Of a stretch of 64,000 nucleotides of DNA, positions 21,383 to 29,684 are shown one piece after another (positions within the stretch are counted from its first letter, which is position 1; each line of letters begins with the position of its first letter). The DNA comes from an uncultured Candidatus Rokubacteria bacterium (GTDB taxonomy: Bacteria; Methylomirabilota; Methylomirabilia; Rokubacteriales; DASRDR01): the NCBI GenBank assembly GCA_963826115.1, contig CAWGVS010000010.1:416001-480000 (forward strand), written 5' to 3'. The translations under genes and the position numbers were made by a program. The notes beneath the pieces were generated by a model. That model was given only the letters and a program-made list of their open reading frames with translations. It was not told where the DNA came from and made no database searches.

Positions 21383-21839
21383 ATGGGACGGATCGTCGGA
21401 GTCCTGGCGCTCCTCGCAGCCTATCGGCCGGATGCGCGACGCCGGGCGGGATCCCGATGCCGCAGGCCGACGTGGACGCGGTCAACCAGGCCGTCGAGGC
21501 GCACCGGGCGGCGTTCAACGCGCGCAACCTCGACGCGCTGCTCCTGGGCATCGCGGACGACGCCAGGGTCGTGTCGCTGCCCGCGTTCGGCACCGGACGC
21601 GGAGCGGGCGACGGCCAGGTGACGAAGGTCCAGTACCGGGAGGACATGACGGCCCTGATGGCGCGCGGCGACGGACGCTGCTCGAGCACGCCCGGTGGAC
21701 CGTGGAGTTCGCGGATGCGACCCACGCGACGGCCAAGGGGCAGGGCCAGCTCGGCGAGAGCCGCGGCGACTTCCAGTACAAGCTCGAGAAACGGCAGGGC
21801 CGCTGGGTGATCGTCGAGTCCACGGTGAAGCGGAAGTAG
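21383..21839 (+). CDS. Small NTF2/SnoaL-like lipoprotein, two apparent frameshifts (~21420, ~21670)
   Basis: Pieces join as MGRIVGVLALLA / LSAGCATPGG...AHRAAFNARNLDALL...DDARV / ...GDFQYKLEKRQGRWVIVESTVKRK. Confidence 0.6.
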
Positions 21840-21920
21840 TGAAGCGCATGAAGCAGGCGTGGCGCGCGGATCGTGCGACGCTCCGCGGGCGTGATCTCGA
21901 CGCTGATGAAGGAGAACGCA

Positions 21921-22370
21921 ATGCACTCGCGAGAAAACCGCAATCGCGCGACCGACTGGGCGAGACGACTCGGGGCCTTCGTGCTGGCCGCCGGCCTGCT
22001 GCGCCGGGGCCATGAGGGCCCGGGCGGCGGACGACGTCCAGGACGCAAACCAGCTCGCCGAGAAGGCCAAGCTGAGCGTCGAGGAGTTCCAGAAGGACCC
22101 GAACATGGAGAGCTTCCGCGAGCTCGCCAAGAAGGCCCACGGGATGCTCATCATGCCCCAGATGGTCCGGGGCGCGTTCATCATCGGGGCGTCTGGCGGC
22201 AGCGGCGTCATGGTCGCGCGGGACGCGCCCGGCGGGCAGTGGAAGGGTCCGGCCTTCTACACGCTCGGCGGGGCGAGCTTCGGGTTCCAGGCCGCGCCGA
22301 CGTGGCCGAAGTGATCATCCTGGCGTATGGAGTGAGGCCGCGGGAGGCACCCATGAGGAGAACGTTATGA
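21921..22370 (+). pseudogene. Ysc84/SYLF lipid-binding domain protein, frameshifted and 3'-truncated
   Basis: 'AHGMLIMPQMVRGAFIIGASGGSGVMVAR...WKGPAFYTLGGASFGFQA / ADVAEVIIL' and then homology stops; frame changes near 22000 and 22293. Confidence 0.65.
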
Positions 22371-23446
22371 GATCAGGCGCTACTGCGCCGAACGATAAGC
22401 GAGACAGACTGACTGCGCCCCGCGCCCCGGGCGGTCGACGAGTCGGGCGGCCGCGCGGCGCCGCGCTCGCGATGGGCGTCGTGGCGGCCGTCCTCCTCGG
22501 CGCGTGGCTTCCCGCTCCCGCCCAGACGGACCCCCTGCCGTCGTGGAACGACGGGCCGGTGAGGCAGGCCATCGTGAAGTTTGTCGAGGCCGTCACGACC
22601 CAGGGTGGACCGCAGTTCGTCGCGCCCGAGGCGCGCATCGCGGTCTTCGACAACGACGGGACCCTCTGGAGCGAGCAGCCGATGTACTTCCAGGGCTTCT
22701 TCGCGTTCGACCGGGTCAAGGCGCTCGCGCCCAAGCACCCGGAATGGAAGACGAAGCAGCCGTTCAAGGGCATTCTCGAGAACGACATGAAGGCGGTGGC
22801 GGCGGCGGGAGAGAAGGGGCTCGGCGAGGTGATCGCGGCCACGCACTCGGGGATGACGACCGACGAGTTCGCGCGGACGGTCACGGAGTGGCTCGGGCAG
22901 GCGAAGCACCCCAAGCTCCAGCGGCCGTACACGGACCTCGTGTACCAGCCCATGCTCGAGCTGCTGGCGTATCTCCGCGCCAACGGCTTCAAGACCTTCA
23001 TCGTCTCCGGCGGCGGCGTCGAGTTCATGCGCGTGTTCACCGAGCAGGTGTACGGCATCCCGCCCGAGCAGGTCGTCGGGAGCGTGGGCGAGACGAAGCT
23101 CGAGCTGCGGAACGGCAAGCCCGTGCTGGTGAAGCTGCCCAAGATCAACCTGGTCGACGACAAGGCCGGGAAGCCGGTCGGCATCAACCGGTTCATCGGG
23201 CGGCGGCCCATCCTGGCCTTCGGCAACTCCGACGGCGACCAGCAGATGCTGGAGTGGACCGCCGCCGGAGACGGCGCGCGCTTCATGGGCATCGTCCGCC
23301 ACACGGACGCCGCGCGGGAGTGGGCCTACGACCGGCAGTCCTCCATCGGGCGGCTCGACAAGGCGCTGGACGAAGCGACCCAGAAGGGCTGGACGGTGGT
23401 CGACATGAAGCAGGACTGGAAGGTCATCTACCCCTTCCAGCGATGA
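22367..23446 (+). CDS. Exported HAD-family hydrolase (acid phosphatase-like)
   Basis: 'DPLPSWNDG', motif I 'VFDNDGTLWSEQP', 'IVSGGG', 'AFGNSDGD'; GAGGAG RBS. Confidence 0.9.
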   Translation: MRSGATAPNDKRDRLTAPRAPGGRRVGRPRGAALAMGVVAAVLLGAWLPAPAQTDPLPSWNDGPVRQAIVKFVEAVTTQGGPQFVAPEARIAVFDNDGTLWSEQPMYFQGFFAFDRVKALAPKHPEWKTKQPFKGILENDMKAVAAAGEKGLGEVIAATHSGMTTDEFARTVTEWLGQAKHPKLQRPYTDLVYQPMLELLAYLRANGFKTFIVSGGGVEFMRVFTEQVYGIPPEQVVGSVGETKLELRNGKPVLVKLPKINLVDDKAGKPVGINRFIGRRPILAFGNSDGDQQMLEWTAAGDGARFMGIVRHTDAAREWAYDRQSSIGRLDKALDEATQKGWTVVDMKQDWKVIYPFQR

Positions 23447-23563
23447 CCAGCCCCATCGTCCGGAGGGTCGCAGCGATCGCCGGGCTCGCGGTCGCCGTGG
23501 CCGCGGGCGACGTCCGGGCCGGCGTCATGTAACCTGGTAGTGATCGTGGCGCTGAGCGAAGCG

Positions 23564-23956
23564 CTAGCGAGGCGCGCCCGCCGCGGGCTTCAGCACGAGG
23601 AAGTCGGCCACGCCGATCAGGCGCAGGATGAGGCGGACGGGCCAGGGCACCATCCGCCGGGACGGGTCGTGGACCACCTCGGGGTGGACCAGGCGGACGT
23701 GCCGGCCGCGCGTCTCCACGACGCATGCGCCGGCCGCCAGGACGTTCTTCACCCACTCGCTGTCGCGCCCGTAGGTCAATGCGATCGCGTAGCCCAGGCC
23801 CTGCGCAAAGATGTTCACCGGCGTGCGCCGCACCCGGCCGCTCGTCCGGCCGACGTGGGTCACCATGGCGAAGCCGGGCGCCCACCACGCGATGTGCCGC
23901 AGGATGGGATTGGTCAGGATCAGGTTGAGTCGGGCGACGGCCCTGGGAATCGGCAT
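23564..23956 (-). CDS. Deazaflavin (F420)-dependent nitroreductase-family oxidoreductase (DDN/FDOR-like)
   Basis: 'HVGRTSGRVRRTPV...ALTYGRDSEWVKNVLAAG'. Confidence 0.82.
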   Translation of the reverse strand: MPIPRAVARLNLILTNPILRHIAWWAPGFAMVTHVGRTSGRVRRTPVNIFAQGLGYAIALTYGRDSEWVKNVLAAGACVVETRGRHVRLVHPEVVHDPSRRMVPWPVRLILRLIGVADFLVLKPAAGAPR

Positions 23957-24055
23957 CGCAGCTCCAAGGTACGCCGGCTCGGCGGCTCGCCGCGAGCGCT
24001 CGAGGCGCTGTGATATGGTGAGGCGGGCGCACGTCAGGACGCCCGGGAAGAGGCC

Positions 24056-24415
24056 ATGGTGGCGGAGCGCTTCATCATGAACGCCGGTCGGACGACCAAG
24101 CAGGGGCAGCAGGTCAACGCCGGCAAGGACTCCCCGGAGTATCGGGCGATCGTGAGCACCCTGACCATGCACCCCGAGGACATGCGGACGGTCGGCGTCG
24201 CCGCCGGCGGCTCCGTCCGGGTGCGCACGCCCCACGGCGAGGCGGTCTTCCAGTGCGTCGAGGGGAAGGTCCCCGCGGGGATGATCTTCGTCCCCTACGG
24301 CCCGCCCACCTGCCGGCTGATGGGCGGCGAGACCGACGGGACCGGCATGCCGACGTCCAAGGGCTGGGAGGTCGAGGTCGAGGCCATCGGGCCCGACGGC
24401 CCGGCCTCGGCGTAG
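24056..24415 (+). CDS. fwdD: Formylmethanofuran dehydrogenase subunit D (molybdopterin dinucleotide-binding domain)
   Basis: 'GRTTKQG', 'MHPEDM', 'VRVRTPHGE', 'GMIFVPYGP', 'TDGTGMPTSKG'; first gene of the fwd cluster. Confidence 0.88.
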   Translation: MVAERFIMNAGRTTKQGQQVNAGKDSPEYRAIVSTLTMHPEDMRTVGVAAGGSVRVRTPHGEAVFQCVEGKVPAGMIFVPYGPPTCRLMGGETDGTGMPTSKGWEVEVEAIGPDGPASA

Positions 24416-24448
24416 ACCGTCTCGCGACGCGGGATCGGGGAGCGCACG

Positions 24449-24607
24449 ATGGCAGAGCGGTTCGAAGAAACAAGGATGGGGGAGCGGGACGCCGCGCGGC
24501 CCGACGCTCCGGCCGGCGGCCACACCCCGGCCTGGGAGCTGGTCGAGCCCGGGCGCTACCGACCCCTCCGGATCCGGGGGAGCTTCCCCGGCCGCGAGCT
24601 CGGCTGA
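24449..24607 (+). CDS. Possible 52-aa small ORF between fwdD and fwdB
   Basis: GGGGAG-N6-ATG; MAERFEETRMGERDAARPDAPAGGHTPAWELVEPGRYRPLRIRGSFPGRELG; no recognised family. Confidence 0.3.
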   Translation: MAERFEETRMGERDAARPDAPAGGHTPAWELVEPGRYRPLRIRGSFPGRELG

Positions 24608-24663
24608 ACGTTCGCGGTGCCGCCCGGTCCGGGGCGGCCAGACGAGGCGGAAGCGGGAGACCG

Positions 24664-25998
24664 ATGACCGTCACGGTCGTGAAGAACGCGACGTGCACCT
24701 TCTGCGGGTGCGTCTGCGACGACATCGAGCTCCACGCCGATGGCACGCGGATCCTCAAGAGCAAGAACGCCTGCAGCCTCGGCGACGCCTGGTTCCAGAA
24801 CCACACGGCCGAGCGCCTGTACCCCGACGCGCTGGTGGACGGGAAGCCCGCGACGCTCGACGCCGCGGTGGAGGCGGCCGCGAGCTTCCTCCACGCCGCG
24901 GACATGCCGCTCGTCTACGGCCTCAGCAACATCACCTGCGAGGCCCAGCGGGAGGCGGTGGCGATCGCCGAGCTGATCGGCGGCGTGATCGACAGCCACA
25001 CCTCCCTCTGACACGGCCCCACTGAGATAGCCGCCCAGTTGGGGGGCAAGGTGACGTGCACGCTGGGGGAAGTGAAGAACCGGGCGGACCTCATCATCTA
25101 CTGGGGCGGTAATCCGGCCGAGTGCCACCCGCGGCACTTCACGAAGTACACGCTGACCCAGAAGGGGAAGTACGTCCCGCAGGGCCGGAAGGGCCGCTAC
25201 ATGGTCCTGGTCGACATCCGCGAGACGCCCAGCGCGCGCGCGGCCGACCTGTTCCTCCAGATCCGGCCCGGCAAGGACTTCGAGGTCGTCACCACGCTCC
25301 TGGCGCTCGTGAAGGGCCGCCCGGTGGACGCCGAGCGCGTCGCCGAGACTGGCATGACGGTCGAACAGCTCCAGGACCTCGCGGACCGGATGAAGCGCGC
25401 CCGCTTCGGCGTCCTGTTCTTCGGGATGGGCCTGTCGATGACGCGGGGGAAGCACATGAACTCCGCGTCGGTCCTGACCCTGGTCACGGCGCTGAACGCC
25501 TACACGAAGTTCGTCGCCATGCCGATGCGGGGCCACGGCAACGTGACCGGCGCCGACATGGTGATCCGCTGGACGACGGGCTACCCGTTCGGCGTCAACC
25601 TGGCCCGCGGCTACCCCCGCTTCAATCCCGGCGAGTTCTCGACCGTGGACCTCCTCGTCCGCGGCGACAACGACGCCGCGCTCATCCTGGGGGCCGATCC
25701 GGGCGCCACGATGCCCCAGCCCGGCATCGAGCACCTGCGCCGCATCCCGACGATCGTCCTCGACCCGAAGGTGACCCACACCAGCCGCATGGCGCGCGTG
25801 CACATCACGACCGCCGCCACCGGCATCAGCGCGCCCGGCACCGTGTACCGCATGGACGAGGTGCCGCTCCCGCTCCGGCCCGCCCTCAGCTCCCCGTACC
25901 CGACCGACGAGGAGGTCCTGCGCCGCATCCGCCGGGCCGTCGCGGCGAAGCCGGCCTGGACGCCGGCGGCGTCGAACGGTCGACCGCGCTCCGCCTGA
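24664..25998 (+). CDS. fwdB: Formylmethanofuran dehydrogenase subunit B, selenocysteine-containing (in-frame TGA 25009-25011, residue 116)
   Basis: N-terminal [4Fe-4S] motif CTFCGCVCDD...NAC. 'DSHTSL*HGPT' aligns with FwdB 'DxxxSxCHGP'. The downstream in-frame ORF has 'TCTLGEVKNRADLIIYWGGNP...HPRH' and 'MRGHGNV'. 444 aa when read through. Confidence 0.9.
25012..25048 (+). promoter_or_regulatory. Candidate bacterial SECIS hairpin
   Basis: cacggccccactgagatagccgcccagttggggggc can fold as CCCC-ACUG/CAGU-U-GGGG (loop AGAUAGCCGCC) or GCC-G-CCC/GGG-G-GGC (loop AGUU). Both loops have G at position 2. Rare codons (ACT, ATA, TTG) cluster here. Confidence 0.6.
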
Positions 25999-26003
25999 CC
26001 GCG

Positions 26004-27638
26004 ATGCTCCGCATCACCGGCGGGAAGGTCTACGATCCCGCCAACGGCGTGGACGGCGAAGTCCGGGACGTCGCCATCGCGGATGGCCGGATCGTGTCCC
26101 ACGTCGAGGGCGGGCGGACGATCGACGCGACGGGCATGGTCGTCGTCCCCGGTGGCGTCGACGCCCACACCCACGTGGCCGGCGCCGCGCTCAACTTCGC
26201 GCGCGCCATGACCCCGGAAACCCAGCGGCAGGCGCTTCCGTTCCTCCACACGCCGGAGCGGCGGATGGGGCTCGGCGGCCTCACGCCCACGACCTTCGCC
26301 ACCGGGTACCTCTACGCCGGCATGGGCTACACGACGGTCACCGAGGCCGCGGTGCCGGTGCTCACCGCCAAGCACACGCACGAGGAGCTCCGCGACACGC
26401 CGATCCTCGACAAGGCGTGCCTGCTCCTCATGGCCAACAACGAGATCGTGATGGACCTCCTGGAGGCCGGGGAGACGGAGCGCGCCGGTCACGTCGTGGC
26501 CTGGCTCATCTGGGCCGCCAAGACGTACGGCGTGAAGGCGGTCAACCCGGGCGGCGTGGCGGCCTGGAAGTGGGGCGGGAACGCGAAGGGGCTCACCGAT
26601 CCGATCGAGGGCTACCGCACCGTGACCCCGGCCCGGATCATCGAGAGCCTGGCGGATATCATCGACGGCCTCGGGCTCCCGCACCCGCTCCACCTTCACT
26701 GCAACGCGCTCGGCATGCCGGGCAACGTCGCGACCACGCTCGAGACCATGCGGATATTGGAGGGCCGCCGGGCCCACCTGGCGCACCTCCAGTTCCACGC
26801 GTACGGCGGCGACGACTGGGCCACGATGCGCTCGGAGGCGCCGGCGGTCGCCGAGTACTTCAACGCGCACCCGGGCTTCACGGCCGACGCCGGCGCGATC
26901 CTGTTCGGGAACGCCATGACGATCACCGCCGACGGGCCCTGGCAGCACCTGCTCCACGAGCTGACCGGGCGCAAGTGGGGCAACATCGACGTCGAGAACG
27001 AGACGGGGTGCGGCATCGTGCCGTACGTCTACAAGAAGCGCAGCCTCGTCAACGCGGTGCAGTGGGCGACGGGGCTCGAGCTCCTGCTGCTCGTCACCGA
27101 CCCCTGGCGGATCTTCCTGACCACCGACCATCCGAACGGAGCCGGCTTCTGGCGCTACGCGGAGATCGTCCAGCTCCTGACGGACGTGGACTACCGCCGG
27201 GAGCGGGTGAAGAGCCTGCCGACCAAGGCGCTCAAGCGGATCGTGCTCCCGGAGCTCGACCGCCGGTACACGCTGTCGGAGATCGTGACCATCACCTCCG
27301 CGGGGCCGGCGCGGGCTCTCGGCCTCTCGCGGAAGGGGCATCTCGGCGTCGGCGCGGACGCGGACGTGGCGATCTACTCCGAGCGCGCGGGCGTCGTGGC
27401 GATGTTCCAGTCGCCCCGCTACGTCCTGAAGGGCGGCGAGATCGTCGTCGAGGAGGGCCAGGTCCGGGCGGTGACCGAGGGCCGCGAGTTCGTCGTCCGG
27501 CCCGCCTTCGATCCCGGCATCGAGGACTACCTCCGGCCGGTGTTCCAGCAGTCCTACACCATGTCCTTCGACAACTACCCGGTCGAGGCCGAACGCGTCC
27601 ACGGCATGGAGCTGGCCGAGTGCCGGCCCCGCGCGTGA
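26004..27638 (+). CDS. fwdA: Formylmethanofuran dehydrogenase subunit A (binuclear amidohydrolase)
   Basis: 'YDPANGVDGEVRD', metal ligands 'DAHTHVAG', 'GVKAVNPGG', 'HLHCN', 'HLQFHAYG', 'TTDHPN'; 'ETGCGIVP'. Confidence 0.93.
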   Translation: MLRITGGKVYDPANGVDGEVRDVAIADGRIVSHVEGGRTIDATGMVVVPGGVDAHTHVAGAALNFARAMTPETQRQALPFLHTPERRMGLGGLTPTTFATGYLYAGMGYTTVTEAAVPVLTAKHTHEELRDTPILDKACLLLMANNEIVMDLLEAGETERAGHVVAWLIWAAKTYGVKAVNPGGVAAWKWGGNAKGLTDPIEGYRTVTPARIIESLADIIDGLGLPHPLHLHCNALGMPGNVATTLETMRILEGRRAHLAHLQFHAYGGDDWATMRSEAPAVAEYFNAHPGFTADAGAILFGNAMTITADGPWQHLLHELTGRKWGNIDVENETGCGIVPYVYKKRSLVNAVQWATGLELLLLVTDPWRIFLTTDHPNGAGFWRYAEIVQLLTDVDYRRERVKSLPTKALKRIVLPELDRRYTLSEIVTITSAGPARALGLSRKGHLGVGADADVAIYSERAGVVAMFQSPRYVLKGGEIVVEEGQVRAVTEGREFVVRPAFDPGIEDYLRPVFQQSYTMSFDNYPVEAERVHGMELAECRPRA

Positions 27639-27645
27639 CCCCCGC

Positions 27646-28455
27646 ATGATCACGCTGACGCTCACGCGGCCGCCGACCGTGCCCCTCGAGGCGGAGAGCA
27701 TCTCGCCGGACGTCATGGCGCCGCTCTCCCACGACGCGATCCGAGCCCTGCCGGTGCTCCTGGGGAAGCGGCAGCGCCGTCTCGACGACTTCTTCGCGGT
27801 CGAGGGCGTGGCGAGCGACGAGCTCCTGATCCGGGGCGACCTCGGGCGGGTCAAGTGGATCGGCCGGGGCATGACGCGCGGCCGCATCGCCATCGAGGGC
27901 AACGCGGGCATGCACCTCGGGGCCTCCATGCGGGGCGGGACGATCGAGGTCCGCGGCAACGTGTCCGACTGGCTGGGCGCCGAGATGTCGGGTGGGCTCA
28001 TCCGGGTCCGCGGCAACGCCGGCGGCCAGGTGGGGGCCGCCTATCGCGGCAGCCCCCGAGGGATGAACCAGGGGACGATCCTGATCGAGGGCTCGGCGGG
28101 CATCGAGCTGGGGATGCGGATGCGGCGCGGCGTCATCGCCGTCGCCGGTCCCGTGCGCGACTTCGCCGGGCTCCAGATGAAGGGCGGGACGATCTTCCTG
28201 CTGGGCGGGGCGGAGATCCGGACCGGCGCCTGGATGAGCCGCGGCACGATCGTCTCCATGAAGCCGCTCCACCTCCTGCCGACGTTCACCTACGCCTGCA
28301 CATATCAGCCCACGTTCCTGCGCCTCTACGCGCGACATCTCGAGACCCTCGGGTTGCCCATTCCCGCCGATTCCGGGGATGGGTCCTACCAGCGCTACAC
28401 GGGGGACACGTCGGGCCTGGGCAAGGGCGAGATCTTGGTGTGGGAGGCGCGGTAA
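27646..28455 (+). CDS. fwdC: Formylmethanofuran dehydrogenase subunit C (GXGXG beta-helix)
   Basis: 'PLEAESISPD', repeated 'G..M..G.I.I.GN.G', C-terminal 'GKGEIL'. Confidence 0.93.
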   Translation: MITLTLTRPPTVPLEAESISPDVMAPLSHDAIRALPVLLGKRQRRLDDFFAVEGVASDELLIRGDLGRVKWIGRGMTRGRIAIEGNAGMHLGASMRGGTIEVRGNVSDWLGAEMSGGLIRVRGNAGGQVGAAYRGSPRGMNQGTILIEGSAGIELGMRMRRGVIAVAGPVRDFAGLQMKGGTIFLLGGAEIRTGAWMSRGTIVSMKPLHLLPTFTYACTYQPTFLRLYARHLETLGLPIPADSGDGSYQRYTGDTSGLGKGEILVWEAR

Positions 28456-28590
28456 CCAGCGGGACACGACGGGGGTCGGCATGGCAGGCAGCATGACGCG
28501 TCGCGCCAGGGCGACCGAAGCCGTTCCGGTGGCACCCGCGGTCGACGCGAGGTCGTAGGGTACCCTGGAGGTCGCCACAGGGCGCCAGAC

Positions 28591-29460
28591 ATGCCTCTCC
28601 GCGTAACGAAGCCAGAGCTGGAGTTGGACGTCCCGAAGGGCGCCTCCGCCGTTCCCCACACGGTGGTCAGCTTCCGGGACCTGATTCCGGCCGTCCAGGA
28701 GGACGAGCTCGCCGTCGAGGAGCCGCTCGAGATCCGGCTGGGCGGTACGAGTCTCGCCGTGACCATGCGGACGCCCGGGCACGACGAGGAGCTCGTCGCG
28801 GGCCTGCTGCTCTCTGAGCGCGTGATCGAGGGCCCCGCCGACATCGACGTGATCGCCCACTACACCGGACCGGACGACGATCCCCGGGTCGGGAACGTGA
28901 TCAACGTCCTCCTGAACCGTCCCGGCCCCGCGATCCACCAGCGCCTCCACCGGAGCTTTTTCACGTCCTCCGCCTGCGGCCTCTGCGGCAAGACCTCGCT
29001 GGACGCGATCGACTTGGACTTCCAGCCCGTTGCCGGCGACGTCACGGTGTCCCTCGACGCGCTCTACACGCTCGTCCCCGCGCTGACCGCGGTGCAGGCG
29101 ACCTTCGAGCGGACGGGTGGCCTCCACGCGGCCGCGCTCTTCGACTCCACCGGGCAGCTCCTGGCGGTGCGGGAGGACGTGGGGCGGCACAACGCCGTCG
29201 ACAAGGTCGTCGGCCACATGCTGCTGACGGGCGGCCTGCCCCTCGACCGGCACATCCTGATGGTGAGCGGACGGGCGAGCTTCGAGATCATGCAGAAGGC
29301 GCTGGTGGCGCGGATCCCTGTCGTGGCCGCCATCTCGGCGCCGTCGAGCCTGGCGGTCCAGCTGGCGCTCGCCAACGGCGTGACCCTCATCGGCTTTCTG
29401 CGCCCCGGGCGGCTCAACGTGTACGCGAATTCCCACCGGCTCCGGCCGGAGCCTGCGTGA
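28591..29460 (+). CDS. fdhD: Formate dehydrogenase accessory sulfurtransferase
   Basis: 'VEEPLEI', 'TMRTPGHD', 'SSACGLCGK', 'TGGLHAAALF', 'EDVGRHNAVDKVVG', 'SAPSSLAV'. Confidence 0.95.
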   Translation: MPLRVTKPELELDVPKGASAVPHTVVSFRDLIPAVQEDELAVEEPLEIRLGGTSLAVTMRTPGHDEELVAGLLLSERVIEGPADIDVIAHYTGPDDDPRVGNVINVLLNRPGPAIHQRLHRSFFTSSACGLCGKTSLDAIDLDFQPVAGDVTVSLDALYTLVPALTAVQATFERTGGLHAAALFDSTGQLLAVREDVGRHNAVDKVVGHMLLTGGLPLDRHILMVSGRASFEIMQKALVARIPVVAAISAPSSLAVQLALANGVTLIGFLRPGRLNVYANSHRLRPEPA

Positions 29461-29498
29461 CGACGGCCGAGGAGGCCGCGCCTCGCGCGGCCCGGCGC

Positions 29499-29684
29499 TT
29501 ACGACGGAGTGGCGCCCTGGCGAAGGCGGTCGATGAGCGCCGTCACCTCTTCGAGGCGCGCGCGCACCTCCCGCTCGGACTCGCGTATCTCCTCCAGCGA
29601 AGACCGGTTCTGAACCGCGTCCTCGTACGCGGTCACGGCCACACCGAACACCCTCAGGAGGCGGCGGGTCTCGTCGCTGGGCAT
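29499..29684 (-). CDS. Small hypothetical helical protein (61 aa)
   Basis: MPSDETRRLLRVFGVAVTAYEDAV...; AAGGAAGG RBS; overlaps the AOR 3' end. Confidence 0.6.
   Translation of the reverse strand: MPSDETRRLLRVFGVAVTAYEDAVQNRSSLEEIRESEREVRARLEEVTALIDRLRQGATPS

Noticed and set aside
25009-25011. fwdB as a nonsense pseudogene or two separate genes
   Set aside because: The stop is in frame at the exact metal-ligand position, both halves are intact, and the rest of the operon is conserved. Sec recoding is more parsimonious, though a base-call error is not excluded.
24056-28455. Evidence for methanogenesis or an archaeal contig
   Set aside because: No mcr/mtr genes in the window. Sigma54, ECF sigma, RND and outer-membrane porins show a diderm bacterium.
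24056-28455. Ordinary methylotroph Fhc (formyltransferase/hydrolase) complex
   Set aside because: FwdD, the 4Fe-4S motif and the ligand position are retained, and fhcD/ftr is absent from the operon.
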